A DNA stretch of 64,000 bases from an uncultured Candidatus Saccharibacteria bacterium (GTDB taxonomy: Bacteria > Patescibacteriota > Minisyncoccia > Phycocordibacterales > DATDWN01): contig CAZTQY010000003.1 of NCBI GenBank assembly GCA_964616425.1, forward strand, positions 47,402-111,401, written 5' to 3'. The notes beneath the pieces were generated by a model. It saw only the letters and a program-made list of their open reading frames with translations. It was not told where the DNA came from and did no database searches. Each line of letters starts with the position of its first letter. Within the stretch, counting starts at the first letter, position 1. A program made the translations under genes and the position numbers. Positions 9,465-19,824 of the stretch are shown in pieces.

Positions 9465-10463
9465 ATGTTAAATTCAAAACAAAAATTAAATCCAAAGATT
9501 TTTGATAAGAAGGTAGAACAACTACCTATTCGTCAGGGATTTGGGGAAGGGTTAGTAAAAGCGGGAGAGAAAAACTCTCAAGTTGTTGGACTTTGTTCAG
9601 ATCTTACAGAGTCAACAAAGATGAATCTGTTCCGTGATAAATTTCCTGAGAGGTTTGTTGAGATAGGTATTGCAGAACAAAACCTTGCATCAGTTGCGAG
9701 TGGAATGTCTGCAATGGGAAAAATCCCATTCATTTCGAGTTATGCAATGTTCTCTCCAGGAAGAAACTGGGAGCAGATACGAACGACTATTTGTTATAAC
9801 GACAGAGCTGTCGTCATCGCAGGAAGTCACGCCGGGATATCTGTTGGTCCAGATGGTGGAACTCATCAGGCAATAGAGGACATAGCTATTACACGTGTTA
9901 TACCAAACATGGTTGTTATTTCTCCGTGTGACGCGATAGAGGCCAGGAAAGCAACTATGGCAGCAGCAGAGCTTGGCAAACCAGTTTATTTGCGACTTGC
10001 TCGAGAAAAAACTCCAGTTATAACTACAGAGGAAACTCCTTTTGAAATCGGAAAAGCACAGATCTACTTTGGAGACGAAAAAGCAAAGGCTGATGCTGGA
10101 ATAATAGCGACAGGAGCTCTTGTTCACAAAGCACTGAAAGTTGCAGAGGATTTGAGTAAAGAGGGAATTACGGTAAAAGTTTTAAATATTTCAACAGTTA
10201 AGCCAATAGACAGTGAAGCAATAATTAATATTGCAAAAACTTGCGGAGCGATAGTTACAGTGGAGGAACATCAGATAATTGGTGGACTTGGTTCCGCAGT
10301 TTCTGAAGTTTTGGTACAAAACTTTCCTGTGCCACAGGAATTTATCGGTGTAAAAAATCTATTTGGCCAAAGTGGTAAACCCGATGAGCTAATTGAACAC
10401 TACGAGATGGGAGAGTCACATATTCTTTCAGCAGTAAAAAAAGTAATTGGAAGGAAAAATTAG
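9465..10463 (+). CDS. Transketolase C-terminal subunit
   Basis: GIAEQN, GPDGGTHQ, VEEH motifs. Confidence 0.95.
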   Translation: MLNSKQKLNPKIFDKKVEQLPIRQGFGEGLVKAGEKNSQVVGLCSDLTESTKMNLFRDKFPERFVEIGIAEQNLASVASGMSAMGKIPFISSYAMFSPGRNWEQIRTTICYNDRAVVIAGSHAGISVGPDGGTHQAIEDIAITRVIPNMVVISPCDAIEARKATMAAAELGKPVYLRLAREKTPVITTEETPFEIGKAQIYFGDEKAKADAGIIATGALVHKALKVAEDLSKEGITVKVLNISTVKPIDSEAIINIAKTCGAIVTVEEHQIIGGLGSAVSEVLVQNFPVPQEFIGVKNLFGQSGKPDELIEHYEMGESHILSAVKKVIGRKN

Positions 10464-10519
10464 TCTGAATATTTTATAAATGGGAAAGCGCCGGATCTCG
10501 GCGCTATTTCCTCCTTTGT

Positions 10520-10906
10520 TCAAAAAATAACAGAGTTGATGTTACTGTCCTCGATGAGTGGGATTGCCACATCGAGTATGGCTGGTGCAGCCTTCACATC
10601 GGTCTTCGCCATCTTTTCGAGAAGAGACGTTAGGCTCATCTTCTTCCCGAAACGCAGTCTTTCCTGACGGCAGAACCTTTGTGCGCCTTCGATCTCAAAC
10701 CCGACATAGTTTCTCTTGCCGATCGTCTCGTGGTTTCGGCGGTGGAGAGAAACGTTAGTCCCGCTCACGTGCTGTACCGTCGTAGAGCAGTCCTCAGCAA
10801 CGACCACGATCTGATCGAGGTCTTTGATGTAGTACGCGTGGGGATGGAAGGAGGGCTTGGTCTTGACCCATTCTGCAAACAGCTTGTCCAACAACTCAGT
10901 ATGCAT
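10520..10906 (-). CDS. Hypothetical protein (cassette)
   Basis: GC-richer ORF; TTGAAT-N17-TACAAT promoter, GAGG SD, hairpin at 10481-10511. Confidence 0.75.
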   Translation of the reverse strand: MHTELLDKLFAEWVKTKPSFHPHAYYIKDLDQIVVVAEDCSTTVQHVSGTNVSLHRRNHETIGKRNYVGFEIEGAQRFCRQERLRFGKKMSLTSLLEKMAKTDVKAAPAILDVAIPLIEDSNINSVIF

Positions 10907-10964
10907 TTAGATACCTCTAGATTTTTATTGTATCAAGGTTGTTTTTATTATTCAACAAAAATGT

Positions 10965-11954
10965 TTATAACTTTCTCAGTTTGTAGTCCTCTGGAGCTTT
11001 TACCAGATACTCTTCTATTTTTTCCGGAGTGAGTAGTCCTTTTTGAGCACCGACTTGTTGTGTAACTGACATTGCATTTATTCCAGCCCAAGCAAATGCC
11101 TCTTCAAGTGATTTACCTAGAGCAATAACGCTAACAATAGTTGATTCGTACGCGTCTCCTGCTCCGGTTCTCTCAAATGGTGTATGTGGGTAAATAGGCA
11201 TAAAGTGCATATCGCCTTTTTCTGATTCAAAAATATAAGCACCGTTGAATCCATCTGTTATCACAACAGTTTTTGGACCAAGTGCATTTACTCCCTTCAT
11301 AAGAGTTGGTAAATCACGACTTGTTTCACCTAATATGTGTTGAGCCTCCTCCACGTTACAGAAAAAGATTTCTGTATTTTTATAAATTCTTTCTAGTTTT
11401 TCTTTACCCATTTTTATTTGGAATGTTCCTGGTTGGAAAGCTAGTTTTGTTTCTGGGTGTAACTCGACAAAGTCTACTATCTGCATCTGGAAATCAAAAG
11501 TATTATCACCAAGTGATGAGAGGTAGATCCATTTTGGAGCCTCATCTACTTTGAAATCGTATTTGTAGTGTTCGTGTTTAACCAAAATAGTTCGGTCAAC
11601 GTCATACCATAGTACGTAGTGGTAGTTTGTTTTATTATCTGGATCTGTGTGAACATATTTTGTTTCTACTCCGTCATTTTGTAGAGAAGATATGGAGTCT
11701 TTTCCGTTCTGGTCACCACCTACATATGCGTATAGTGCAGAAGAAAGCCCGAGTCTAGATGCTGATACGGCTGCGTTTGCACTGTTTCCAACTGCGTAAC
11801 AAATCTCTACAGATTCATACGGAACTTTGTCACCGTATCGTACACAAAGTTTACAATTTTCGTTATGTTCATCACATTTAACCTCTGCGTCGTTCATTCT
11901 AATAAAAGCGTCTACTACTATGTCGCCAATGGCCAGTATGTCTATATTTTTCAT
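10965..11954 (-). CDS. PfkB-family carbohydrate kinase
   Basis: GNSANAA, CNVEEA, RTGAGDAY PfkB signature. Confidence 0.92.
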   Translation of the reverse strand: MKNIDILAIGDIVVDAFIRMNDAEVKCDEHNENCKLCVRYGDKVPYESVEICYAVGNSANAAVSASRLGLSSALYAYVGGDQNGKDSISSLQNDGVETKYVHTDPDNKTNYHYVLWYDVDRTILVKHEHYKYDFKVDEAPKWIYLSSLGDNTFDFQMQIVDFVELHPETKLAFQPGTFQIKMGKEKLERIYKNTEIFFCNVEEAQHILGETSRDLPTLMKGVNALGPKTVVITDGFNGAYIFESEKGDMHFMPIYPHTPFERTGAGDAYESTIVSVIALGKSLEEAFAWAGINAMSVTQQVGAQKGLLTPEKIEEYLVKAPEDYKLRKL

Positions 11955-12020
11955 ATGTGCTGAATTATATCATAGTGAATTCTATTTTGTTGAATACATG
12001 ATATTATTATTTGTATTAAT

Positions 12021-12563
12021 ATATTTAGGGGAACAACCGTTTTTTCTGAAAATAAGGAGGTTTATGATGTATTTATAAAAAGTACGACGCCACACTCCAA
12101 AGGTTATTTTATCCTAGCTCCTTCAGGGGCCGGCAAGACACACTATGTCAAGAATCAAATAGAAAAAAATTGGATTGATGGTGACAATCTTTGGTATTCT
12201 GCGGGAGCACATCCTGATGGTCCGTGGTGGACAATGGGAATTGATGTAATAAATGAAGTTGATGCCAGAAGCGACATTATAACTCAGGAAGCAAAAAAGG
12301 TAGGTTTGTGGATTATTGGCGCATCAAATAATTGGTTAATACCTGATGCGGTAGTTTTGCCACCAAGAGAAGTTAATGTTGAATATATAAAAAAACGTGA
12401 GAATGGTGAATATGATGGTGGTTTAAAATCAGATCAATTGGAACAACTTGATTCACACCGAGAATGGATAAGAAACATGGCTGAAAAAAATGATGTGCCA
12501 ATTTTCGATTCAGTTGGTGAAGCTACAGATTATATTATGAAAATTTATTTAAATAATAATTAG
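12021..12563 (+). CDS. P-loop NTPase/kinase-like protein, start uncertain
   Basis: Frame open from 11994; Walker A APSGAGKT lies upstream of the first ATG (12234); ATA at 12021 is a candidate start. Confidence 0.6.
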   Translation: MFRGTTVFSENKEVYDVFIKSTTPHSKGYFILAPSGAGKTHYVKNQIEKNWIDGDNLWYSAGAHPDGPWWTMGIDVINEVDARSDIITQEAKKVGLWIIGASNNWLIPDAVVLPPREVNVEYIKKRENGEYDGGLKSDQLEQLDSHREWIRNMAEKNDVPIFDSVGEATDYIMKIYLNNN

Positions 12564-12566
12564 AAA

Positions 12567-13421
12567 ATGAAAGGTATAGAAGGCGCTCAATTTGATGATT
12601 TAAAATTAAATTCCGAAACAATAGATAGAATACCACCAGATTTAGGGGGTACTTCTATTGTAATGCAGAGGCATGGTAAATATGAAAGAGAAACAGGTAG
12701 CCTCACTGAAAGTGGTGAAGAAATTTCTCGAGAAAAGTCTACTAAAATTATTGATGATTTTATTGATAAGATCCCAGAAGACGAAAGAAAGAAGCTAGTA
12801 TTGATGGTGTTGGCTAGCCCAACAGAATTAAACGGAGGACAAAGAAGTATGGAAACTGCCAAAGTTGCTATAGATAGTGCACGTAAAGTTTTTGAAAAAT
12901 ACGGTATACCAGAGGGAAATATCTTAACTACAGATCCTCGACCCGTCGAGGATATAGAAGAGCCAAGGATATTTAAAGAAAATCTAGATTACATGAATTT
13001 CTTATTTGATAAATATGGAAAAGGGACACAGTCTTTCTGGAAAGCTTTTGAGGAAGATGTTCATAAGGATGAGAGGTTGCAATTTGGAGCTGAGGGTCCA
13101 GTTGATATGAGTGATAGGTACGCACATTTTATTGATGTTCTTGGAAGGTACTCTCGACAATTTCATGCAAAAAATCAGGAAGACAAGAAAAGGCTTATAA
13201 TTTGGGTTGTATCACATTATGATACAATAACCACATATATTAAAAATCACGTAGCAAATATTCCGCAAGAAAAGTATGTTCCTGTGGATTATGATGGTGG
13301 AGTGACGATGAATATTAATCCAGAGAACGAGGCGAGTATACAAATTGGAGATACTAAAGTTCCTGTAGAATTATCAAAGCAAGGTAATATTACTGCAAGA
13401 GTGAAAAATCAAGAAAAATAA
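12567..13421 (+). CDS. Histidine phosphatase superfamily-like protein
   Basis: MQRHG motif, ASP...RSMETA, VVSH. Confidence 0.65.
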   Translation: MKGIEGAQFDDLKLNSETIDRIPPDLGGTSIVMQRHGKYERETGSLTESGEEISREKSTKIIDDFIDKIPEDERKKLVLMVLASPTELNGGQRSMETAKVAIDSARKVFEKYGIPEGNILTTDPRPVEDIEEPRIFKENLDYMNFLFDKYGKGTQSFWKAFEEDVHKDERLQFGAEGPVDMSDRYAHFIDVLGRYSRQFHAKNQEDKKRLIIWVVSHYDTITTYIKNHVANIPQEKYVPVDYDGGVTMNINPENEASIQIGDTKVPVELSKQGNITARVKNQEK

Positions 13422-13429
13422 TAATAAAT

Positions 13430-14296
13430 ATGAAAACTTTAAAACAATCAGTACTCGAGGCACGAGAGAAAAAAGTAGCAATCGGTCATTTTAATATTTC
13501 TAACTTGGAAGCGCTTTGGGGTATTTTCAAAGCAGCACAATCACTCAACGTTCCTGTTATCATAGGTGTTTCAGAAGGTGAGAGAGACTTTGTTGGTGTA
13601 AAGCAAGCTGTAGCTTTGGTAAAAAGTATTCGTGAGGAGTTCGACTATCCTATTTACTTAAACGCCGACCACACATACTCATTTGATCGAGTAAAAGAGG
13701 CGATAGATGCAGGTTTTGATTCTGTTATCATCGACGGAGCAAAACTTTCTTTCGATGAAAATGTAAAGATAACAAAACAGTGTGTTGAATATGCTCGAGC
13801 TAGCGGGCGGGAGGTTTTGGTTGAGGCTGAACTTGGTTACATTGGTCAGTCGTCAAAAGTTCTAGATGAGATACCGGAGGGAGTGCTCTTGGATGAGAGT
13901 TCTCTCACTGATCCAGTAAAGGCAAAAGAGTTCGTAGATTTAACTGGTATAGATATGCTAGCTCCTGCAATAGGAAACTTTCATGGCATGCTCAGAGGTG
14001 GTGTTGATCCAAAACTAAATATAGAGAGAACAAAATTGATTTACGAAACTACAGCTATCCCACTTACACTGCATGGAGGTTCAGGTAACTCAGAGGATGA
14101 TTTTAAACAAGCTATAGCAAACGGAGTGTCTATTGTTCATATAAATACAGAAATTCGTGTAGCTTTCAGAGATGCAATAAAGAAGTCTCTTCAAGAAAAC
14201 CCAGAGGAGGTGGCTCCGTACAAGTTCCTAAAGCCAGGAGTAAAAGCAGTCCAAGATGTGGTAGAGAAGAAACTACGATTTTTCAATAACTTATAA
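13430..14296 (+). CDS. fba: Class II fructose-bisphosphate aldolase
   Basis: NADH, VEAELG, GNFHG, LHGGSG, INTE. Confidence 0.94.
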   Translation: MKTLKQSVLEAREKKVAIGHFNISNLEALWGIFKAAQSLNVPVIIGVSEGERDFVGVKQAVALVKSIREEFDYPIYLNADHTYSFDRVKEAIDAGFDSVIIDGAKLSFDENVKITKQCVEYARASGREVLVEAELGYIGQSSKVLDEIPEGVLLDESSLTDPVKAKEFVDLTGIDMLAPAIGNFHGMLRGGVDPKLNIERTKLIYETTAIPLTLHGGSGNSEDDFKQAIANGVSIVHINTEIRVAFRDAIKKSLQENPEEVAPYKFLKPGVKAVQDVVEKKLRFFNNL

Positions 14297-14342
14297 CTTT
14301 CATTTATAAGATTTTTATTGTATAAATGTCTCGGAGGTTTGC

Positions 14343-14561
14343 GTGTTAGATTCTGATACACAGCCAGTTACATTGGATGAAGCCTTTGAAATCTGCCAGC
14401 GAGCGTTCGCTGGTGGACATGTCGATCACGAGAGAGTGCTCGACATCAAAGCCTATTGCTACGTCGATGACAACTTTGCAGTTGCTTTGTATGAGCGACT
14501 GCACTTGTCTGGACATTTCGTTATGTCCGCCCTGGATCGTGCTGTGTACGAAAGCCTGTAA
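14343..14561 (+). CDS. Hypothetical protein (cassette)
   Basis: GGAGG SD before GTG; terminator gaaaactcgt-tgcgg-acgagttttc. Confidence 0.7.
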   Translation: MLDSDTQPVTLDEAFEICQRAFAGGHVDHERVLDIKAYCYVDDNFAVALYERLHLSGHFVMSALDRAVYESL

Positions 14562-14674
14562 AGTACAACACGGTCTACCTTACCTCGTCTGCACGAAAAC
14601 TCGTTGCGGACGAGTTTTCAATTATTTAGCATATAGGGGTTGATTAATTAACACTTTTTGTTATACTGGCCAAC

Positions 14675-15313
14675 ATGATTAATTTAGATGCACAACTACG
14701 AGACAAGGCAGTCAGTCTTGATACTCTAAAGAAAGAGGCAAAAATGCCTGCTGTTTTTTATGGAAAAAAGACAGAATCTACACCTATTTCTATATTGAAA
14801 AAGGATTTTATTGCAGTTTGGAAAAAGGCTGGTGAGTCAGGAGTGGTTTCTATAAAGACAGAAAAGGGAACAGTTGATACTCTTATCCAGGCTGTTGATG
14901 TTGATCCTGTTACAGATATCCCACGACATGCTGACTTCTATGTATTCGAAAAGGGAAAGAAAGTGGAAGTTTCAGTTCCTCTAGAGTTCGTTGGTGTTTC
15001 TCCTGCAATAAAGGATCTAGGTGGTCTTTTGGTTAGATCTTTGCATGATCTAAAGATTTCTGCAGATCCTCAGCATATACCTCACGACATACAGGTTGAT
15101 ATCTCATCACTTGTTGATTTTTCAAGTCAGATACTTGCTTCACAGATAAAACTTCCAGCGGGAGTTGATCTAGTTGAAAACCCAGAAGAAGTGGTTGCTT
15201 CAGCATCAGCACCTAGAGAGGAAGTTGTTGAAGAGTCTGCTCCTATCGATCTTTCTGCTATTGAAGTAGAGAAAAAAGGTAAAAAAGAAGAAGAGGGAGA
15301 AGTTACTGCATAA
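14675..15313 (+). CDS. rplY: 50S ribosomal protein L25/Ctc
   Basis: PAVFYG, HADFY, VPLEFVG; acidic tail. Confidence 0.93.
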   Translation: MINLDAQLRDKAVSLDTLKKEAKMPAVFYGKKTESTPISILKKDFIAVWKKAGESGVVSIKTEKGTVDTLIQAVDVDPVTDIPRHADFYVFEKGKKVEVSVPLEFVGVSPAIKDLGGLLVRSLHDLKISADPQHIPHDIQVDISSLVDFSSQILASQIKLPAGVDLVENPEEVVASASAPREEVVEESAPIDLSAIEVEKKGKKEEEGEVTA

Positions 15314-15419
15314 ACTGTAATAATAACGTAAAAATATCGTCTAATTTAGAGCCATCTGGCTCTTTTTTAGTATAAATTTTAGGAGACAAAAGATTCCAAA
15401 ATGGTGTATAATCATAAAG

Positions 15420-16823
15420 ATGTCGTCACAGTTATTTTTATTGCCAAGAAATAGAATTTACAGCTTTTTATTGCTGTCTTTTTGTGTGTTGGGGCTATTT
15501 TTCAGCCACACTTTTTCTGCATATGCTATTACTGACGCTGAACAAGAAGCTCAGTGGCGAGCTGAATTGGCACAAACAGAAGCTGATATAGCCAAGTGGC
15601 AGTCTATTTTGGATAGCACAAAAGCGAACACTAAATCATTACAAAATGAAGCAGCAATACTTAACGCTAAAATAAAAGAAGCTCAAGCTACAATAAAGAA
15701 AAGAACAATCGCGATAGAACAACTCAATAAAGATATTCAGGCTAAGACCAAAACAATAGGGAACTTGGAGGACAAAATAGAGAGAGGTCATGATTCATTG
15801 GCTCAACTTCTACGACAGACCAATGAGATAGATCAAACCTCGCTACCCGAGATTATTTTGGGTAACAAAGATATATCAGATTTTTTTGCTGATATAGATT
15901 CGTTTCAAATGATAAAAAGATCAATGCAAGAATTGTTCGCTACAATACGAGAAACAAAGGTGGTAACTGAAAAGGAAAAAGCAGATTTGGATATAAAGAA
16001 GAATAAAGAAATAGATACAAAAGCCCTTGTAGAAGCTCAAAAAAAACAAGTTGAGGCCAACGAAAAACAAAAACAATATTTGATTACAGTTAATAAAACA
16101 CAAGAAAAAACTTATGAACAAGTTTTAGCTGAGAGGCAGAAAAAAGCTGCAGAAATTAGAGCTGCATTGTTTAAGCTTCGAGATACTGCCGCTATTTCTT
16201 TCGGTGATGCTTTGGTATATGCACAAGCAGCATCAGCTAAAACTGGTGTTAGAGCAGCATTTCTACTCGCTATTTTGACTCAAGAGTCTAACTTGGGACA
16301 GAATGTTGGTTCGTGTTTGGTCACAGATATAACTAACGGCGATGGTAAAGGTAAAAATACAGGTACAGTCTTTGAAAAGGTAATGAAGTCTCCTCGTGAT
16401 ACAGTCCCGTTTGAAGCTATTACTACTCGACTTGGAATGAGTTGGATGAATACTCCTGTTTCTTGTCCTCCTGGCACAAAATACACTTCGACACGAGGAT
16501 ACGGAGGTGGAATGGGTCCTTCACAGTTTATACCTTCAACATGGGAATTGTTTAAGAGTAAAGTTGGTAGTGCACTCGGCGTTTCTGCAGACTCAGCTGA
16601 TCCTTGGAACCCTCAGCATGCTTTCATGGCTACTGCGATTTATATGAAGGAGCTAGGTGCAGTTTCTGGTTCGTATACAGCAGAGAGGAATGCTGCTTGT
16701 AAGTATTATTCTGGCTCTTCTTGTTCTTCTACTAGAAAACCACCAAATATGTTTTATGGAGAGAGTGTAATGAGCATAGCTGAAAATATCCAGACAACCA
16801 TGATTGACCCACTTAATATCTAA
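15420..16823 (+). CDS. Secreted coiled-coil protein with C-terminal lytic transglycosylase-like domain
   Basis: Signal peptide, PcsB-like coiled coil, AILTQES and GGMGPSQFIPSTW motifs. Confidence 0.8.
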   Translation: MSSQLFLLPRNRIYSFLLLSFCVLGLFFSHTFSAYAITDAEQEAQWRAELAQTEADIAKWQSILDSTKANTKSLQNEAAILNAKIKEAQATIKKRTIAIEQLNKDIQAKTKTIGNLEDKIERGHDSLAQLLRQTNEIDQTSLPEIILGNKDISDFFADIDSFQMIKRSMQELFATIRETKVVTEKEKADLDIKKNKEIDTKALVEAQKKQVEANEKQKQYLITVNKTQEKTYEQVLAERQKKAAEIRAALFKLRDTAAISFGDALVYAQAASAKTGVRAAFLLAILTQESNLGQNVGSCLVTDITNGDGKGKNTGTVFEKVMKSPRDTVPFEAITTRLGMSWMNTPVSCPPGTKYTSTRGYGGGMGPSQFIPSTWELFKSKVGSALGVSADSADPWNPQHAFMATAIYMKELGAVSGSYTAERNAACKYYSGSSCSSTRKPPNMFYGESVMSIAENIQTTMIDPLNI

Positions 16824-16873
16824 ATCTCTACATTCTTGCCAAAATGAGCCTATTTTGGTAGAGTATTCCGGTA

Positions 16874-17155
16874 ATGAAAAAAGAAATACATCCACAAAAC
16901 TATAGACCAGTACTATTTATCGACAACTCAAATGGCGCTGAATTTATAATATCTTCAACTGTTCCATCTACTGAAACAGCAAAAGCAAAGGCAGACAAGA
17001 AAGAGTACCCAGTTTACCGAGTTGAAATCTCAAGTGCATCACATCCTTTCTATACTGGAAACGAGAAGTCACTAGACACAGCAGGACGAGCAGAGAAGTT
17101 TAAGCAACGAGTTGCAAAAGCTACTGCTACTAAAGCTAAGAAATCAACAAAATAA
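16874..17155 (+). CDS. rpmE2: 50S ribosomal protein L31 type B (no Zn cysteines)
   Basis: MKKEIHP, EISSASHPFYTG, GRAEKF. Confidence 0.93.
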   Translation: MKKEIHPQNYRPVLFIDNSNGAEFIISSTVPSTETAKAKADKKEYPVYRVEISSASHPFYTGNEKSLDTAGRAEKFKQRVAKATATKAKKSTK

Positions 17156-17264
17156 CCCCGCCTGCGTTGTTGCAGGTCGGGTTATTTTGTTCAATGTACT
17201 CCGTGTACACCTCACTCAAAAACCATCCTGCGCCTAGCACTCAGGGCTATTTTCTTGATTTCTT
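17138..17264. repeat. Structured intergenic element, family A variant
   Basis: tgcgttgttgcagg...cctgcgcctagca shared with 56231-56334; gtac-N5-gtac apex; outer stem pairs with the rpmE2 3' end. Confidence 0.8.
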
Positions 17265-17292
17265 AAGTGACTAATTTGTTATAATTACTTTA

Positions 17293-18267
17293 ATGGATTT
17301 AGAAAAATTTATACAAAACCCAAAGACATCATATCTTGCACAAGAGTTTCAACGACTAGCAAAGCAAGAAGATGAAACTACACAAATGATTGCAAGTGAT
17401 CCATCACTTGCTGATTTGGCGCACAGTGATTTGGAAAATATAAAGTCACAGAAAGATGCTCTAATGAAACAGATGGAGGAAATAGTAGCTGAGGAAGAAA
17501 AAGAAGAAGAGTTCCCGAACGAGATTATTCTCGAGGTTCGAGCTGGCGCCGGTGGAGAGGAGGCTTCTATTTTTGCTGAGGACTTGGCTCATATGTATAC
17601 ACGATATGCTGAAAACCAAGGCTGGTCAGTGGCTCCTATCGATGAATCTCGAAGTGCAGTCGGTGGATACAAAGAAGCAGCCTTTGAGATACATGGCCGG
17701 GGTGTATATAAACAGCTACGTTTTGAAACAGGAGTACACAGAGTGCAGAGAATCCCAGCAACTGAGAAGATGGGACGTGTTCATACATCAACTGCAACAG
17801 TCGCAGTTCTACCACTCCGAAAGAAAACAACTATAGAAATAAAACCAAGTGATTTGGAAATAGAAACATCACGATCTGGCGGGGCAGGAGGACAAAACGT
17901 TAACAAGGTTGAAACAGCGGTAAGAATCATCCACAAACCAACAGGTATAGACGTTCGATCTACGTCGCAGCGAAGCCAGCTCAAAAACCGCGAAGCAGCG
18001 ATGAGTATTTTGACTGCAAAACTTCAAATGATGAAAGATGAGGAAGAGTCAGCAAAGTATTCTGCTGACAGAAAGTCTCAGGTTGGAACAGCAGATAGGT
18101 CAGAAAAGATTCGAACATACAACATTCTTCAGGATCGTATTACAGACCACCGTATAAAACAGTCTTGGCACAATATTGAAAAGATCCTGGCTGGGGGAAT
18201 AGAGCCAATAATAGAGTCAATGGAAAACTTTGATGGGAGTTCTGTTGTGGGTGGTGATGAGGAGTAA
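17293..18267 (+). CDS. prfA: Peptide chain release factor 1
   Basis: PAT specificity motif (VQRIPATE), GGQ, RTYN. Confidence 0.95.
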   Translation: MDLEKFIQNPKTSYLAQEFQRLAKQEDETTQMIASDPSLADLAHSDLENIKSQKDALMKQMEEIVAEEEKEEEFPNEIILEVRAGAGGEEASIFAEDLAHMYTRYAENQGWSVAPIDESRSAVGGYKEAAFEIHGRGVYKQLRFETGVHRVQRIPATEKMGRVHTSTATVAVLPLRKKTTIEIKPSDLEIETSRSGGAGGQNVNKVETAVRIIHKPTGIDVRSTSQRSQLKNREAAMSILTAKLQMMKDEEESAKYSADRKSQVGTADRSEKIRTYNILQDRITDHRIKQSWHNIEKILAGGIEPIIESMENFDGSSVVGGDEE

Positions 18268-18400
18268 GTCTTGCAAAAATGCCAATATTTTGGTATATTT
18301 TGGCCCACGCATTAAATTGCGATAATTATAAAAATAACAAAATTAGGAATCGCAAGGCACAGATAGTTGCCTGTCCCAACGGGATTGATTTAAAACAACA

Positions 18401-19132
18401 ATGAATAAAACAGATACAAATAATTCAAATAGTGGAAATGGCGTAGTAGACGCTCTATTTTCTGCAGGTGCTCACTTCGGCTTTATCAAGTCTAGACGAC
18501 ACCCTTCAACAAAACCTTTTATATACGGAGTAAAAAACAAAATCGAGATTTTTGACCTTGAGAAAACAAAGGAATCTCTTGATACAGCACTAACTTTTAT
18601 TGAGAGTGTTGCAGCAAAGAATGGTTCTATATTATTTGTTAGTGGTAAAAACGAGGCAAAAGGAGCTATTACTTCAGTTGCGGAATCTATCAACATGCCA
18701 TACGTTGCTGGACGATTTATCGGAGGAACTTTGACTAACTTCCCAGAAATCCGAAAGCGAGTAGAAAAGCTAGAATCTCTAGTTTCTCAAAAAGAAAAGG
18801 GTGAGCTAGTAAAATACACTAAGAAAGAGAGACTTTTGATAGACCGAGAAATCGACAAGCTAAGAGAGTTCTTCTTTGGACTTTCAGTTATGAAGAGACT
18901 TCCAGATGCTATATTTGTTGTAGACGCAAAGCGAGAGTCTATTGCAGTAAAGGAAGCAAAGTACATGGGAATCCCAACTATCGCTATCTGTGGAACAGAT
19001 AACAACCTAAACGAAGTAGAGTTCCCAATACCTGGAAACGATGCTTCAAAGACAAGTATTGAATTTTTCCTTGCAAAAGCAGCAGAAGCTTTCAAGGCTG
19101 GTCAGTTGAAGAAACCAGTAGCTACTGTATAA
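18401..19132 (+). CDS. rpsB: 30S ribosomal protein S2
   Basis: AGAHFG, GGTLTNF, IPGND. Confidence 0.97.
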   Translation: MNKTDTNNSNSGNGVVDALFSAGAHFGFIKSRRHPSTKPFIYGVKNKIEIFDLEKTKESLDTALTFIESVAAKNGSILFVSGKNEAKGAITSVAESINMPYVAGRFIGGTLTNFPEIRKRVEKLESLVSQKEKGELVKYTKKERLLIDREIDKLREFFFGLSVMKRLPDAIFVVDAKRESIAVKEAKYMGIPTIAICGTDNNLNEVEFPIPGNDASKTSIEFFLAKAAEAFKAGQLKKPVATV

Positions 19133-19271
19133 TAATTAGGACTCCCATAGATGGTGCATTTCGTTGTTGGAAAAGTAAATGTTCTCGTCACCTTACGTTA
19201 GAGTAAGGCTCCTCGCTCATTTACCTTTCCCCCTAGAACTGCATCCATCTACGTAAGTCCTATCTACAGTA
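19123..19271. repeat. Structured intergenic element, family A
   Basis: tcgtca-ccttac-N6-gtaagg-ctcctc core inside a long hairpin between rpsB and tsf. Confidence 0.85.
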
Positions 19272-19317
19272 ATGGTTGCAGTGTTTTACTTCTTTAATTT
19301 ATCTTAATCTAATTTAT

Positions 19318-19815
19318 ATGACAGAAATAACAACAGAACTCGTAAAAGAACTACGGGACAAGACAGGTGTTTCAGTTATGCAATGTAAGAAAGCTCTTGA
19401 AGAGGCTGCTGGCGATATGGAAAAAGCTACAGCTCTACTAATGTCAAAAAGTGCTGAACAAGCTCTTAAAAAGGCAGATAGGACTCTAGGGGCAGGTACA
19501 ATAGGTGCTTATATCCACTCTACTGGTAATGTTGGAACTATGGTAGAATTATTGTGTGAGACTGACTTCGTTGCAAAGAACGAAGAGTTCAAGGCTCTGG
19601 CAAGAGATATAGCTATGCATGTTTCAGCATCAGATCCAAAATTCTTAAAAGCTGATGATGAGGGAGCAGAAGCTGAGCCTGAGTCTGTATTACTTACACA
19701 ACCATTCATAAAAAATCCTGATGTTACGATTACAAACCTTGTACAACAGGCAACCCAGAAATTCGGTGAAAAAATAGAAGTCTCACGATTCGTTAGATTT
19801 TCAATTGCTCAATAA
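19318..19815 (+). CDS. tsf: Elongation factor Ts (short form)
   Basis: VKELRDKTG, CETDFVA; start at ATG 19318. Confidence 0.95.
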   Translation: MTEITTELVKELRDKTGVSVMQCKKALEEAAGDMEKATALLMSKSAEQALKKADRTLGAGTIGAYIHSTGNVGTMVELLCETDFVAKNEEFKALARDIAMHVSASDPKFLKADDEGAEAEPESVLLTQPFIKNPDVTITNLVQQATQKFGEKIEVSRFVRFSIAQ

Positions 19816-19824
19816 TTTCTATTT

